Shown piece by piece: positions 26,735 through 36,938 of a stretch of 64,000 nt of DNA. Made by a program: the position numbers and the translations under genes. The stretch covers positions 51,697 through 115,696 of the forward strand of contig DIAY01000212.1 of assembly GCA_002414905.1 (NCBI GenBank), written 5' to 3'. Each line of letters begins with the position of its first letter. Within the stretch, counting starts at the first letter, position 1. The notes beneath the pieces were generated by a model. That model made no database searches. It saw only the letters and a program-made list of their open reading frames with translations, and was not told the origin of the DNA. Source of the stretch: Holophagales bacterium UBA5066 (GTDB lineage Bacteria > Acidobacteriota > Thermoanaerobaculia > UBA5066).

Positions 26735-27928
26735 TCAGTCGTCGTCGTGCGGAATGTCGACCGGCTGGGCGGTCGCCCATCCGATCGCGGCGGGGATCGC
26801 CTCCGGTGAGAGGCCCTTCCAGTAGACGGTCCAGGCGGGGACGCGCATGAGGCCTTCGCAGAGCTTCGCGTACCACTCGCTGATCGGGTTCAGACGCCGG
26901 GCGCGCCAGAAGACGACGGGGACCTCGGGGATGACGGCCTCCCAGAGGTCGCGTGCGATCCCCTCCCCCTGCGCCTCCGCGGAGACGGCGAACTTCGTCA
27001 GATAGGCGCCGAGCGGAGTTTCCTCGAGGATGACGCAGCCGCGGTAACCCTCCTCGACGTAGACGCGGCTCGGCGTCCTCCCGAAGAAGGCGTCGGCCGG
27101 CGGCCGTCCGAAGCTCGACGCGAGGAGCCCGCGGAGCCTCGGCACGTCGACGCCCGCCCAGCCGTCGTGACGGGTGATTCGCGCCCCACGGCGCAGGAGC
27201 GTGCCGGCCCCCTTCACCGTGAAGAGTTCCCGGAGGACGTTCAGGGGCGACGTGACGGCGACCGTGAACGACGGGGGAGCGGCCTCTTCGCAGAGCCGTC
27301 GGGCGCCCTCGAGGATGAGGGCCTCCTTCCGCGAGAGCTCCCCGCTCGAAAGGAGCGCGGGGACGTCCGTCGTCAGGTTGACGATCGGGACGAGGATGCC
27401 TCTCTGGCGAAGGCCGCCCGGGCGGTGGAGGAAGAGGAGCTTGCGGGCCTGAAGCTCGCCGAGGAGAGTCCCGAGCCGGTCGAGCCGGTCGCCCGGGGCC
27501 TCGCTGCCGGCCGGCTCGAAGACGACGACGGGAACCGCGCCGCTCCTCACGCAGAGGGTGACGCGGGTGGCGAGGTTGCGCCTCCTCGCGCGGAGCACCT
27601 CGACGCGGAGCCCCTCGTTCTCGAGGTGCCGTCTTAGCGAACGGGCGTGGAGCACGGCGTCGGCGGGCTGGAATATGCCGAGGACGACGGTGGGGAAGAG
27701 GTCGAGCGCCGCGAGGAACTTCAGGTCCTGGACGACGGCGTCGGCCGCACCGGCCATGACGTTCGCGTCGATCGCGATCGCTGCGAACTGCTCCCGCGGT
27801 CGCGCGCGGAACAGATCGAGGTAGAGCCGCGCTTCCGAGGGACGGCCGGTGCTCTCCAGGAAGCGGAGGACGACGTCCTGGGGTGCGAGTTTCGCGGGAA
27901 GGGCGGGCGTTGGGTGGTCGAGGGGCAT
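26735..27928 (-). CDS. N-acetylglutamate synthase-like protein (amino-acid kinase fold + C-terminal GNAT)
   Basis: Start MPLDHPTPAL. It has a kinase-like central region and a GNAT-like C-terminus (GCVILEETPLGAYLTKFAVSAEAQGEGIARDLW). Confidence 0.7.
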   Translation of the reverse strand: MPLDHPTPALPAKLAPQDVVLRFLESTGRPSEARLYLDLFRARPREQFAAIAIDANVMAGAADAVVQDLKFLAALDLFPTVVLGIFQPADAVLHARSLRRHLENEGLRVEVLRARRRNLATRVTLCVRSGAVPVVVFEPAGSEAPGDRLDRLGTLLGELQARKLLFLHRPGGLRQRGILVPIVNLTTDVPALLSSGELSRKEALILEGARRLCEEAAPPSFTVAVTSPLNVLRELFTVKGAGTLLRRGARITRHDGWAGVDVPRLRGLLASSFGRPPADAFFGRTPSRVYVEEGYRGCVILEETPLGAYLTKFAVSAEAQGEGIARDLWEAVIPEVPVVFWRARRLNPISEWYAKLCEGLMRVPAWTVYWKGLSPEAIPAAIGWATAQPVDIPHDDD

Positions 27929-27965
27929 GGAGACGGGAGGATACGGAGTTTCGGAACCGGCCGGT

Positions 27966-29192
27966 TCAGCCCTTGACGCAGACGACCTGGTGGAGCGTGT
28001 GGAGGATCTCCACGAGGTCCCTCTGCGCTGCCATGACGGCGTCGATCGACTTGTAGGCGCCGGGCGTCTCGTCGAGCACGTCGGCGTCCTTGCGGCATTC
28101 CACGCCCGCCGTCGCTCGCGCGTGATCCTCGAGCGTGAAGCGGCGCCGGGCCTCGGAGCGCGACATCGCCCTCCCCGCACCGTGGCTGCAGCTGCAGAAG
28201 CTCTCGGGGTTTCCGAGGCCGCGGACGATGTACGAGCGGGCGCCCATGCTGCCGGGGATGACGCCGAGGTCTCCCACCCGCGCCCTCACCGCCCCCTTGC
28301 GTGTCACGAAGACGTCCCGGCCGTAGTGGTGCTCGCGCTCGACGTAGTTGTGGTGGCAATTCACCGCGACGAGCCCCGCCTCGAATGGCCGGAGGCCTGG
28401 CACCGAGCGCAGCGCGGCGAGGATGCTGTCCATCATGAGCCGCCGGTTGCACAGCGCGAACTCCTGCGCCCACCCGACCGCCTCGACATAGTCGTCGAAG
28501 TGCACCGTCCCCTCGGGGAGATAGGCGAGGTCGGCGTCGGGGAGGTTGATGAAGTGACTGCGCATCTCCTCTTTTGCGAGGTCGATGAAGTAGGTCCCGA
28601 TCCGGTTGCCGATTCCGCGCGACCCGCTGTGGAGGACGACCCAGACCGACCCGGTCTCGTCGAGGCAGACCTCGATGAAGTGGTTGCCGGTGCCAAGCGT
28701 CCCGAGGTGCGAGACGTGGTTCGCCTTCCGGACGGCGGGGTGACGGTCGGCGAGCGACTCGTATCGCGGGGAGAGCGCGGCCCACGCCTGAAGGACGCGC
28801 TCCGGTGGATCGCCCCAGGCGCCCTGGTCGTTCCTCCCACCCCTCTCGGTGCGGCCGTGCGGGACCGCCGCCTCGATCGCGAGGCGCACGGCGTGGAGGT
28901 TGTCCGGGAGATCGTTTCCGGTCAGGTCCGTCCTGATCGCCATCATCCCGCAGCCGATGTCGACGCCGACGGCGGCCGGGATGATCGCGCCGAACGTCGG
29001 AATGACGCTCCCGATCGTGGCCCCTTTCCCGAGGTGGACGTCGGGCATCGCCGCCACCCATTTGTGGATGAACGGCAGGCTGCCGAGGTTCTGGAGCTGC
29101 TTGCGGGCCTCGGGCTCGAACGGCACGCCCCGCGTCCAGGCCTTGATGGGGACGCCCTTCGTTTCGATGACGTCGTAGTGGCGTTCGGTCAT
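27966..29192 (-). CDS. rtcB: RNA-splicing ligase RtcB
   Basis: Contains MPDVHLGKGATIGSVIPT, NCHHNY and SCSHGAGR (the metal and GMP histidine motifs). Confidence 0.9.
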   Translation of the reverse strand: MTERHYDVIETKGVPIKAWTRGVPFEPEARKQLQNLGSLPFIHKWVAAMPDVHLGKGATIGSVIPTFGAIIPAAVGVDIGCGMMAIRTDLTGNDLPDNLHAVRLAIEAAVPHGRTERGGRNDQGAWGDPPERVLQAWAALSPRYESLADRHPAVRKANHVSHLGTLGTGNHFIEVCLDETGSVWVVLHSGSRGIGNRIGTYFIDLAKEEMRSHFINLPDADLAYLPEGTVHFDDYVEAVGWAQEFALCNRRLMMDSILAALRSVPGLRPFEAGLVAVNCHHNYVEREHHYGRDVFVTRKGAVRARVGDLGVIPGSMGARSYIVRGLGNPESFCSCSHGAGRAMSRSEARRRFTLEDHARATAGVECRKDADVLDETPGAYKSIDAVMAAQRDLVEILHTLHQVVCVKG

Positions 29193-29479
29193 GGCGATCC
29201 TCGACCTCGGCGGACAGGCTGCCGCCGGGGTCAGCTCAGTTTCTCCGGAAACAGGGGCGAGGTCTCATCACTTGGCAGGTGTTGTGAATTTCACCGGCCC
29301 CGACACCTTGATCTTCAGACTCTCTGTACGGGTATAACCATTTTGTTGTCAGTGGTTTAGTCGGCATTGCTCGCATATTCCGGTCGTTGAGGAGTTCACC
29401 AGCGCGCGTCCTGTCATAACGAACATTCGGATGAGCTAAAACACTATAAACAATAGGTTTATGTGCATTTTCGGGTGTG

Positions 29480-29496
29480 TGGCAACGACCTTGCAA
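29480..29496 (+). promoter_or_regulatory. sigma-54 (RpoN) -24/-12 promoter TGGCAA-cgacc-TTGCAA
   Basis: GG at 29481-82 and GC at 29493-94 give the canonical 12-nt register and a near-consensus TGGCAC-N5-TTGCA. The downstream gene has AGGAGG plus an ATG at 29554. It sits in a ~50% GC AT-rich intergenic region that carries IHF-like A/T tracts. Confidence 0.6.
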
Positions 29497-29553
29497 TGTC
29501 TTCTGGTGAAACGGGGCCGAGAGAAACCGGACGCACCCCGCAGGAGGTTCCAA

Positions 29554-30237
29554 ATGGTCGCACTTCTCGTAATCCTCACCATCGTTCTGGCGCTCACCGT
29601 CGACAGCTTCGTTCTGGCCCGCCAGCGCCGGACGGCTCCCGTCGAGGCGCTTGCGCCGATCGTGGCGATGAAGGTGCCCCAGCCTCCCCAGGGCGTCTTC
29701 CTCGATACGGCCCACACCTGGCTGCGCATCACCAGCGACGGCCGCCTCCGCGTCGGCATCGACGACTTCCTCGCCGAGGCCGTCGGACAGATCGACCGGG
29801 TCGAAGTCCCACCGCAGGGGACGACGATCGAGCGCGGCAGCCCCCTTCTCACCCTCTTCGTAAAGGGCCGCAAGCTCGTCATCCCCTCTCCCGCCAGCGG
29901 TACCGTCATGTCGGCCAACGACAAGACCCAGCGCGACCCCTCCGCCGTCCTGCGCGACCCCTACGGCGCCGGCTGGCTCGCCTCGATCTGGACCCGCGAC
30001 CACCACGCCGCGATCAGCTCTCTTCGCATCGGTGCCGCCGCGACCCACTTCCTGCGCGACGAGCTCCACCGCCTCGCCGACTTCATGGTCCCCTCCCAGG
30101 AGATGGCCAGCGTCCCCGTCATGGCCGACGGCGGCCTCCCCGGTCAGGGCGCCGCAGCCCGCCTCGACGACAAGGCCTGGGAGAGCTTCTCCCGCGAGTT
30201 CGTCAACGCCCCCGAAGAGAAGACCCCGAACGCCTGA
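29554..30237 (+). CDS. membrane-anchored glycine-cleavage H-protein-like (GcvH-like, lipoyl/biotinyl-type hybrid barrel) protein
   Basis: An N-terminal TM helix (MVALLVILTIVLALTV) is followed by AHTWLRITSDGRLRVGIDDFLAEAVGQIDRVEVPPQG...LRDPYGAGWL. This aligns with GcvH EHEWV..GITDFAQ..LGDIVFVELPEVG and NEDPYGEGWL. A candidate lipoyl-Lys lies in LFVKGRK. Confidence 0.65.
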   Translation: MVALLVILTIVLALTVDSFVLARQRRTAPVEALAPIVAMKVPQPPQGVFLDTAHTWLRITSDGRLRVGIDDFLAEAVGQIDRVEVPPQGTTIERGSPLLTLFVKGRKLVIPSPASGTVMSANDKTQRDPSAVLRDPYGAGWLASIWTRDHHAAISSLRIGAAATHFLRDELHRLADFMVPSQEMASVPVMADGGLPGQGAAARLDDKAWESFSREFVNAPEEKTPNA

Positions 30238-30338
30238 ACCTCCTCCTGCCCGTTTCAGGCCCCGGCCGCCGAGAGGCGTCCGGGGCCTTTTGCTTCCTCC
30301 GCGATCTCCGGCAGCTGCGCGCGCCGCCGCTCTGCTTT

Positions 30339-31979
<1,641 letters not shown>

Positions 31980-32493
31980 GGGCACCCTCCGACGAGGCAC
32001 CGTATGCGCAGGCGCCGAGGGAGTCAACGGGAGGAGGGGCTGCCCCGCGGGTTCGCCAGGAGTGTTCCGTCGCCGGCTCCAAGCGAAGCAGAGCGGTGCA
32101 GGCACGCCGGGTCAGGCCGCCGCCGCGGCTGGCGCGATGTCGGCGCGTGGGTCGCTGATCGACTGGAACGGCGCTGGGAACCCGAGGGACGACACGGCTC
32201 GACGTGACGTCAGACGAGTCAGAGACCGGGAACCGATGCCAGGAGGGGATGCGGGGTCCGCGGAGCAATGGTGCGGCGGATTCTCGGAAGACGCGGGGTT
32301 TACGCTCTCTCACCTCACCGTCACGCGGAACCACACGGGGTGGACGGGCGGCGGCATCACGTTGCCTCCCCCACCTCATAGGAAGCGAAGCGGTTCTCAC
32401 CCATGCCTTCGCACTCGCCAACGGGCGTAATCTACAGGGTGCCGCGGGAGCCGCGGACCGACTCTCGTCGAGCACATTCGGCGGAGGGTTCAG

Positions 32494-33378
32494 ATGACTC
32501 AACTCGCCGGCCCGACTCGCTCTTCAAACCTGAGGGTCCTCTCCACGACGGTCGTCGTCCTTCTGGGGCTCCTCGCCGGCGAGGCGAGCGGCAACGTCCA
32601 GAAGACGGGCTCGATGTCCGTAACGCGCTGGGGGCATACCGCCATGTTCGTCGGAACGGGGCGCGTCCTCGTCGCGGGTGGTTACGGCCCATCGGGGCAT
32701 CTCGCGACCGCCGAGCTCCTCGATCCCTTGACGGGCCTCTTCTCGTCCACCGGCTCGATGCCGGAGGCGCGGACCGGGCACACGGCGACGCTCCTGCGGA
32801 CCGGGAAGGTCCTCGTCGCGGGCGGGCAGACAAACGTCATTTCCGCCCAGTGCACGAGCTCGGCAACGATCTACGACTCGACGACCGGCGGCTGGACCGG
32901 GACCGGGTCGATGGGAACGGCCCGCAGGGACTTCACGCTGACGGTCCTGCCGACGGGCCTCGTCGTGGCGGCCGGGGGAGACAACGGGAGCGCCGTCTCC
33001 ACCGCGGAGCGATACAACATCTCGAACGGCGGCTGGGGTGGGGCGGGCGACCTCGGAGCGGGACGGTCCGGCCACGCGGCGGCGCTCTTTCCCGACGCGA
33101 GGATTCTCGTGGTGGGAGGACTGAACGCGGGCGGTGGATTCTCGTCGATCGTCGAGTACGACCCGGTCGGCAACTCCTGGTCCGCCGTCGAGACGGGTAC
33201 GCCCCGGTACTCGCACGCGGCGACGCTCCTCCCCGACGGGCGGATGCTCGTCGTTGGCGGCCTCGCCGACGGCACCACCCGGCTCGCGACCGCCGAGTTC
33301 GTGAAGAGGAAGCCGGCGACGGTCCTCGGCGTTTCGCTCGTCGTCGCCACGCCCACCGGTCAGTACAGCTCGGAGTAG
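32494..33378 (+). CDS. secreted Kelch-repeat beta-propeller protein
   Basis: A signal peptide is followed by six repeats of GG..G...A.LLP.G.VLV.GG.... Confidence 0.8.
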   Translation: MTQLAGPTRSSNLRVLSTTVVVLLGLLAGEASGNVQKTGSMSVTRWGHTAMFVGTGRVLVAGGYGPSGHLATAELLDPLTGLFSSTGSMPEARTGHTATLLRTGKVLVAGGQTNVISAQCTSSATIYDSTTGGWTGTGSMGTARRDFTLTVLPTGLVVAAGGDNGSAVSTAERYNISNGGWGGAGDLGAGRSGHAAALFPDARILVVGGLNAGGGFSSIVEYDPVGNSWSAVETGTPRYSHAATLLPDGRMLVVGGLADGTTRLATAEFVKRKPATVLGVSLVVATPTGQYSSE

Positions 33379-33830
33379 CTCGTGAACCTCGGCGCCAACC
33401 GTTAGGCCTTCAAGCCCGAGGTCGGCGTCTCCCACCCGATCGGGAAGCGCTGGCTCCTCGACGCTTATGCCGGCGTCTGGCTCTTCACGCCAAACGACGA
33501 CTTCTACGGCGGCGTAAAGAGGACCCAGGACCCGCTCGCCACGTTCCAGATGAACGTCAGCTACACCGTCCGTCCGAGACTCCGGCTCGCCTTCAACGCG
33601 ACCTTCTACTCGGGCGGACGCTCGTACGTCGGGGACACCGCGAAGCAGGACTTCCAGAGCAACAGCCGCATCGGCCTGACGGCCTCGATTCCCCTGGCAC
33701 GGGGCACTCGGTCAAGCTCTCCTCCGCGACGGGCGCGTCGACCCGGATCGGACAGGATTTCGACACCATCGGGCTCGCGTACCAGTTCATCTGGCTCGAC
33801 AAGCCGCAGGTTCGGAGACGCGCCCGGAGA
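33379..33830 (+). pseudogene. remnant of an outer-membrane beta-barrel gene (phenol-MetA-degradation-like porin family), 5'-truncated and frameshifted
   Basis: Directly after the Kelch TAG, and in frame with it: LVNLGANR, a second TAG, then AFKPEVGVSHPIGKRWLLDAYAGVWLFTPNDDFYGG...NATFYSGGRSYVGDTAKQDFQSNSRIGLTASIPLARG. The sense then moves to the -1 frame (SVKLSSATGASTRIGQDFDTIGLAYQFIW) and degenerates. This reads as an alternating beta-strand pattern. Confidence 0.45.
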
Positions 33831-34008
33831 CCGGCACACGGCCTCCGGGCCAGGCGTTCGAGGTCGAACCTTCCCGTCCCGGTCCTTGCCCTCGCCCGGC
33901 CGACGCACTATCTTCTCGACGCTTGAAGATGAAAGGTGAGGCCCGAGAATGCCGCGGCGGCCGAGGCCGCCTGGCTCCTCGCGCCGGCGGGACCGCCGGG
34001 GTGAGTGC

Positions 34009-34359
34009 GTGAGCCCGCTCGGGACGCACCTCCTTCTCGACGTGGCGGGTGCCCCGTTCGCGACGCTCGATGACCCGGCTGTCGTAAGGGCTGCGCTCGT
34101 CGACACCGTCGCCGCGATGGGGGCACAGGTCCTCGGTGTCCACCTGCACCGGCTCACACCCCAGGGGATCTCGGGCGTCGTCGTCATCTCCGAGTCGCAC
34201 CTGACGATCCACACGTGGCCCGAACGGGGCGAGGCCGCCGTCGACCTCTTCACCTGCGGCGATGCGGCCCGCGCGAGGGGCGCGGTTGCGGCGCTCGTCG
34301 AACGCCTAGGGGCCACGGTATCGACCCTGCGCGAGATCCGCCGGGGCGCCGCCGGCTGA
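34009..34359 (+). CDS. speH: S-adenosylmethionine decarboxylase proenzyme, small bacterial (SpeH-type)
   Basis: Contains the GVVVISESHLTIHTWPE autoprocessing motif and DLFTCG. A GTG start gives VSPLGTHLLLDV, which parallels the canonical N-terminus. The ORF track starts 20 codons further upstream. Confidence 0.8.
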   Translation: MSPLGTHLLLDVAGAPFATLDDPAVVRAALVDTVAAMGAQVLGVHLHRLTPQGISGVVVISESHLTIHTWPERGEAAVDLFTCGDAARARGAVAALVERLGATVSTLREIRRGAAG

Positions 34360-34388
34360 CGGCGGCGCCCGCCAAGGCCGATCCGAAG

Positions 34389-34700
34389 ATGGCACAGACG
34401 GTCGAGAAGTCGACCGACATGGCCGCAGCCGGGATCGCCCAGGTGCGCGCCGACATCCAGAAGGACCGTAACTCGATCATCGGGGCCGCGATGGACCTCA
34501 CCGACGCGCAGGCCGGCATGCTCCTGGACGAGATGCTCGCGATCCAGAAGACCAAGGCCGCGACGAAGGCGGACTGGGCCACGAAGTTCAAGGCGAAGCT
34601 CCCGGGGAAGGTCGTCGCCCGCTTCTTCCAGGTCGACAACAAGCTCGACGTCATCGTCCACTTCCAGCTCGCCGCCGCCGTGACCCCGGTCGCCGCGCCG
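34389..34700 (+). CDS. small hypothetical protein (about 100 aa, 3' end uncertain)
   Basis: An ATG after speH gives MAQTVEKSTDMAAAGIAQVRADIQKD...KLDVIVHFQ. The frame stays open to 35366, running through the kefB-like start, and turns Arg-rich after ~34690. This suggests either a frameshift or a real end that cannot be seen. Confidence 0.3.
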
Positions 34701-34833
34701 CTCCGCCTCACCGCGGGGCGGCGCGGCCACCGGGGCACCGCATCGGCTAACCTTCGACGGAATGCCGAGACACGCCGGGCCCTTCGTGCCGTCCCTCCTG
34801 CCGGTCGCACCTGCGACGGTGAGGCCCTAGACG

Positions 34834-36819
34834 GTGGGGGAGAGCCCCTTCCTGCGCGACCTCGTCATCGTCCTCGCGGCGTCGCTGCCGATCCTCTTCG
34901 TCTTCCAGAAGCTGCGCGTGCCGGCGATCGTGGCGTTCCTCTTCACGGGGATCCTGATCGGGCCGCACGCCCTCGGGCTCGTCGGCGACCCCGACCAGGT
35001 TCGCAGGATCGCCGAGCTCGGCGTCGTCCTGATCCTCTTCTACGTCGGTCTCGGTTTCTCGCTCCCCCGGCTGACGGAGCTGGGGAGAACGGCCGTCGTG
35101 AGCGGCATCCTGCAGATGACCCTGGCCGTCCTCGTCACCACCGGGGTGCTCCTCTTCCTCGGGCAGGACCTCCGCCCGGCGATCTTCGGAGGGCTTCTCG
35201 TCGCGGGCTCCTCGACCGCGGTCGTTCTGCCCGTCCTATCCGCGCGGGACGAGCTCGACGCCCCGTTTGCCCGCCAGTTCCTCGGGACCTCGCTCTTCCA
35301 GGACCTCGGCGTGATCCCGCTCATCCTCCTCCTTCCGGCGCTCGCCGGCGGAACACGGGCGGGTGAGGGGCCGTCGCTCCTCGCCGTCCTCGGCCGGGTG
35401 GGCCTCGCCGTCGCAAGCGTCACGCTCCTCGTCGTGGTGGCGCGCTTCGTCGTCCCGCCGCTCCTGGACCGGCTCGTCCGAGTCGCCGGCCGGGAGACGT
35501 TCACGGCCGGCGTCGTCGTCGTGATCCTCGGGATGGTCGCGATCGCGGTCGAGGCGGGGGTCTCGGCCGCAATGGGGGCTTTCGCGGCCGGAATCGTCGT
35601 CGCCGAGAGCGAGTCGATGGCCGACGTGAGCGCGACCTTCGTGCCGTTTCGCGACATCCTGTCGAGCCTCTTTTTCGTCTCGATCGGGATGCTCCTCGAC
35701 CCGGGGTTCGTCCTCTCCCGGCCGGCGCTCGTCCTCGGAACGGTCGCGGCCGTCGTCCTCCTGAAGGTCGTTACGGCCTACCCGGCTCTCCGGGCGGCCC
35801 GCGCCGTGCCGCGGGTCGCCATCCGGGCCGCCTTCTCTCTGGCGACAGTCGGGGAGTTCTCCTTCGTCCTGGCCCTCGCAGGGATCGGCTACGGCCTCCT
35901 CGGCGAGCGCCCACAGCAGCTCTTCGTCGCCGTTTCCGTCCTGACGATGCTCTCGGCGCCGCTCCTCGTCGCGGCGGGCGCTCGCCTCGTCGGCTTCCTT
36001 CCGGATTACCTCGAAGGCGCGGGCGAGGCGCCGAGCGCCTCGGTCCTCCGGTCGGGCCACGTCGTGGTCGTTGGCTACGGCCTGAACGGGAGCAACGTCG
36101 CCCGGGTGCTCGGGGAGATCGGGATCCCGTACGTCGTCGTCGACGCCGAGGCGGACCGCGTCCTGCGCGCCCGGGCCGCGGGGGTGGAGGCGCTCCTGGC
36201 CGACGCGACCTCGCCGGCCGCGCTCGAGATCGCCGGGATCGCCCGCGCGCGGGCGATTGTCATCACCGTTCCCGACCCGGCGGCGAGCCGGAAGATCGTC
36301 CGGCTGGCGCGTTCCCGCAACCCGATGGCGAAGACGATCGTGAGGACGCGGTACATCCGGGAGGTCGACGAGCTCCGGCGCTCCGGTGCCGACGAGGTGA
36401 TCCCGGAGGAGTTCGAGACCTCGATCGAGATCGTCGCGCGACTCCTGCGCTCCTTCCACGTCCCGGGGAACCTCGTTGCGGCGCAGATCCGCATCCTGCG
36501 CGACGCGGCCTACCGCAAGCTCCGCGACCCGCTCGCACGGCCCGAGGCGGGCCGGCGGCTGTCGGCGCTCATGGCCGCGGGGACGTCGGAACTCGTCCTG
36601 ATCCTTCCGGAGATGGCGGCCGTGGGACAGACGCTCGGCCAGCTCCACCTCGAGGTGGATCACGTCGCGGTGCCCGCGCTCCTTCGCGACGGAGCCCCGC
36701 TCGCGCCGCCCCCGCTCGACGTGCCGATCGAGGAGGGAGACACGCTCCTGCTCGTCGGCGCGCACGAGGACCTCGTCCGCGCCACGAAGCGGCTCGAGGG
36801 GACGGCGCCGGAGGAATAG
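34834..36819 (+). CDS. CPA2-family monovalent cation:proton antiporter with C-terminal RCK (TrkA-N/TrkA-C) domains (KefB/KefC-like)
   Basis: GTG start. The N-terminus VPAIVAFLFTGILIGPHALG is typical, and the RCK domain carries VVVVGYGLNGSNVARVL. Confidence 0.9.
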   Translation: MGESPFLRDLVIVLAASLPILFVFQKLRVPAIVAFLFTGILIGPHALGLVGDPDQVRRIAELGVVLILFYVGLGFSLPRLTELGRTAVVSGILQMTLAVLVTTGVLLFLGQDLRPAIFGGLLVAGSSTAVVLPVLSARDELDAPFARQFLGTSLFQDLGVIPLILLLPALAGGTRAGEGPSLLAVLGRVGLAVASVTLLVVVARFVVPPLLDRLVRVAGRETFTAGVVVVILGMVAIAVEAGVSAAMGAFAAGIVVAESESMADVSATFVPFRDILSSLFFVSIGMLLDPGFVLSRPALVLGTVAAVVLLKVVTAYPALRAARAVPRVAIRAAFSLATVGEFSFVLALAGIGYGLLGERPQQLFVAVSVLTMLSAPLLVAAGARLVGFLPDYLEGAGEAPSASVLRSGHVVVVGYGLNGSNVARVLGEIGIPYVVVDAEADRVLRARAAGVEALLADATSPAALEIAGIARARAIVITVPDPAASRKIVRLARSRNPMAKTIVRTRYIREVDELRRSGADEVIPEEFETSIEIVARLLRSFHVPGNLVAAQIRILRDAAYRKLRDPLARPEAGRRLSALMAAGTSELVLILPEMAAVGQTLGQLHLEVDHVAVPALLRDGAPLAPPPLDVPIEEGDTLLLVGAHEDLVRATKRLEGTAPEE

Positions 36820-36938
36820 GAACCCCACCCTGCCGCGCAGACCCGGCGGAATGTCACGAACGGGCGTTCCGTGGACTGGACGCAGCAAGCGCAGACGGAG
36901 ACCGAAACCCGCCCCGGGCCCCGGCCGTACTTCACTCC

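Noticed and set aside
29193-29480. A sigma-54/RtcR-type promoter for rtcB on the minus strand
   Set aside because: No GCCA-N-TGCAA (reverse-complement -24/-12) pattern is present. The only good sigma-54 site points the other way.
33376-33405. Two in-frame TAG codons after the Kelch gene as programmed stop-codon readthrough or amber suppression
   Set aside because: The downstream frame also suffers a frameshift and is 5'-truncated, which fits a decayed remnant rather than a recoded gene.
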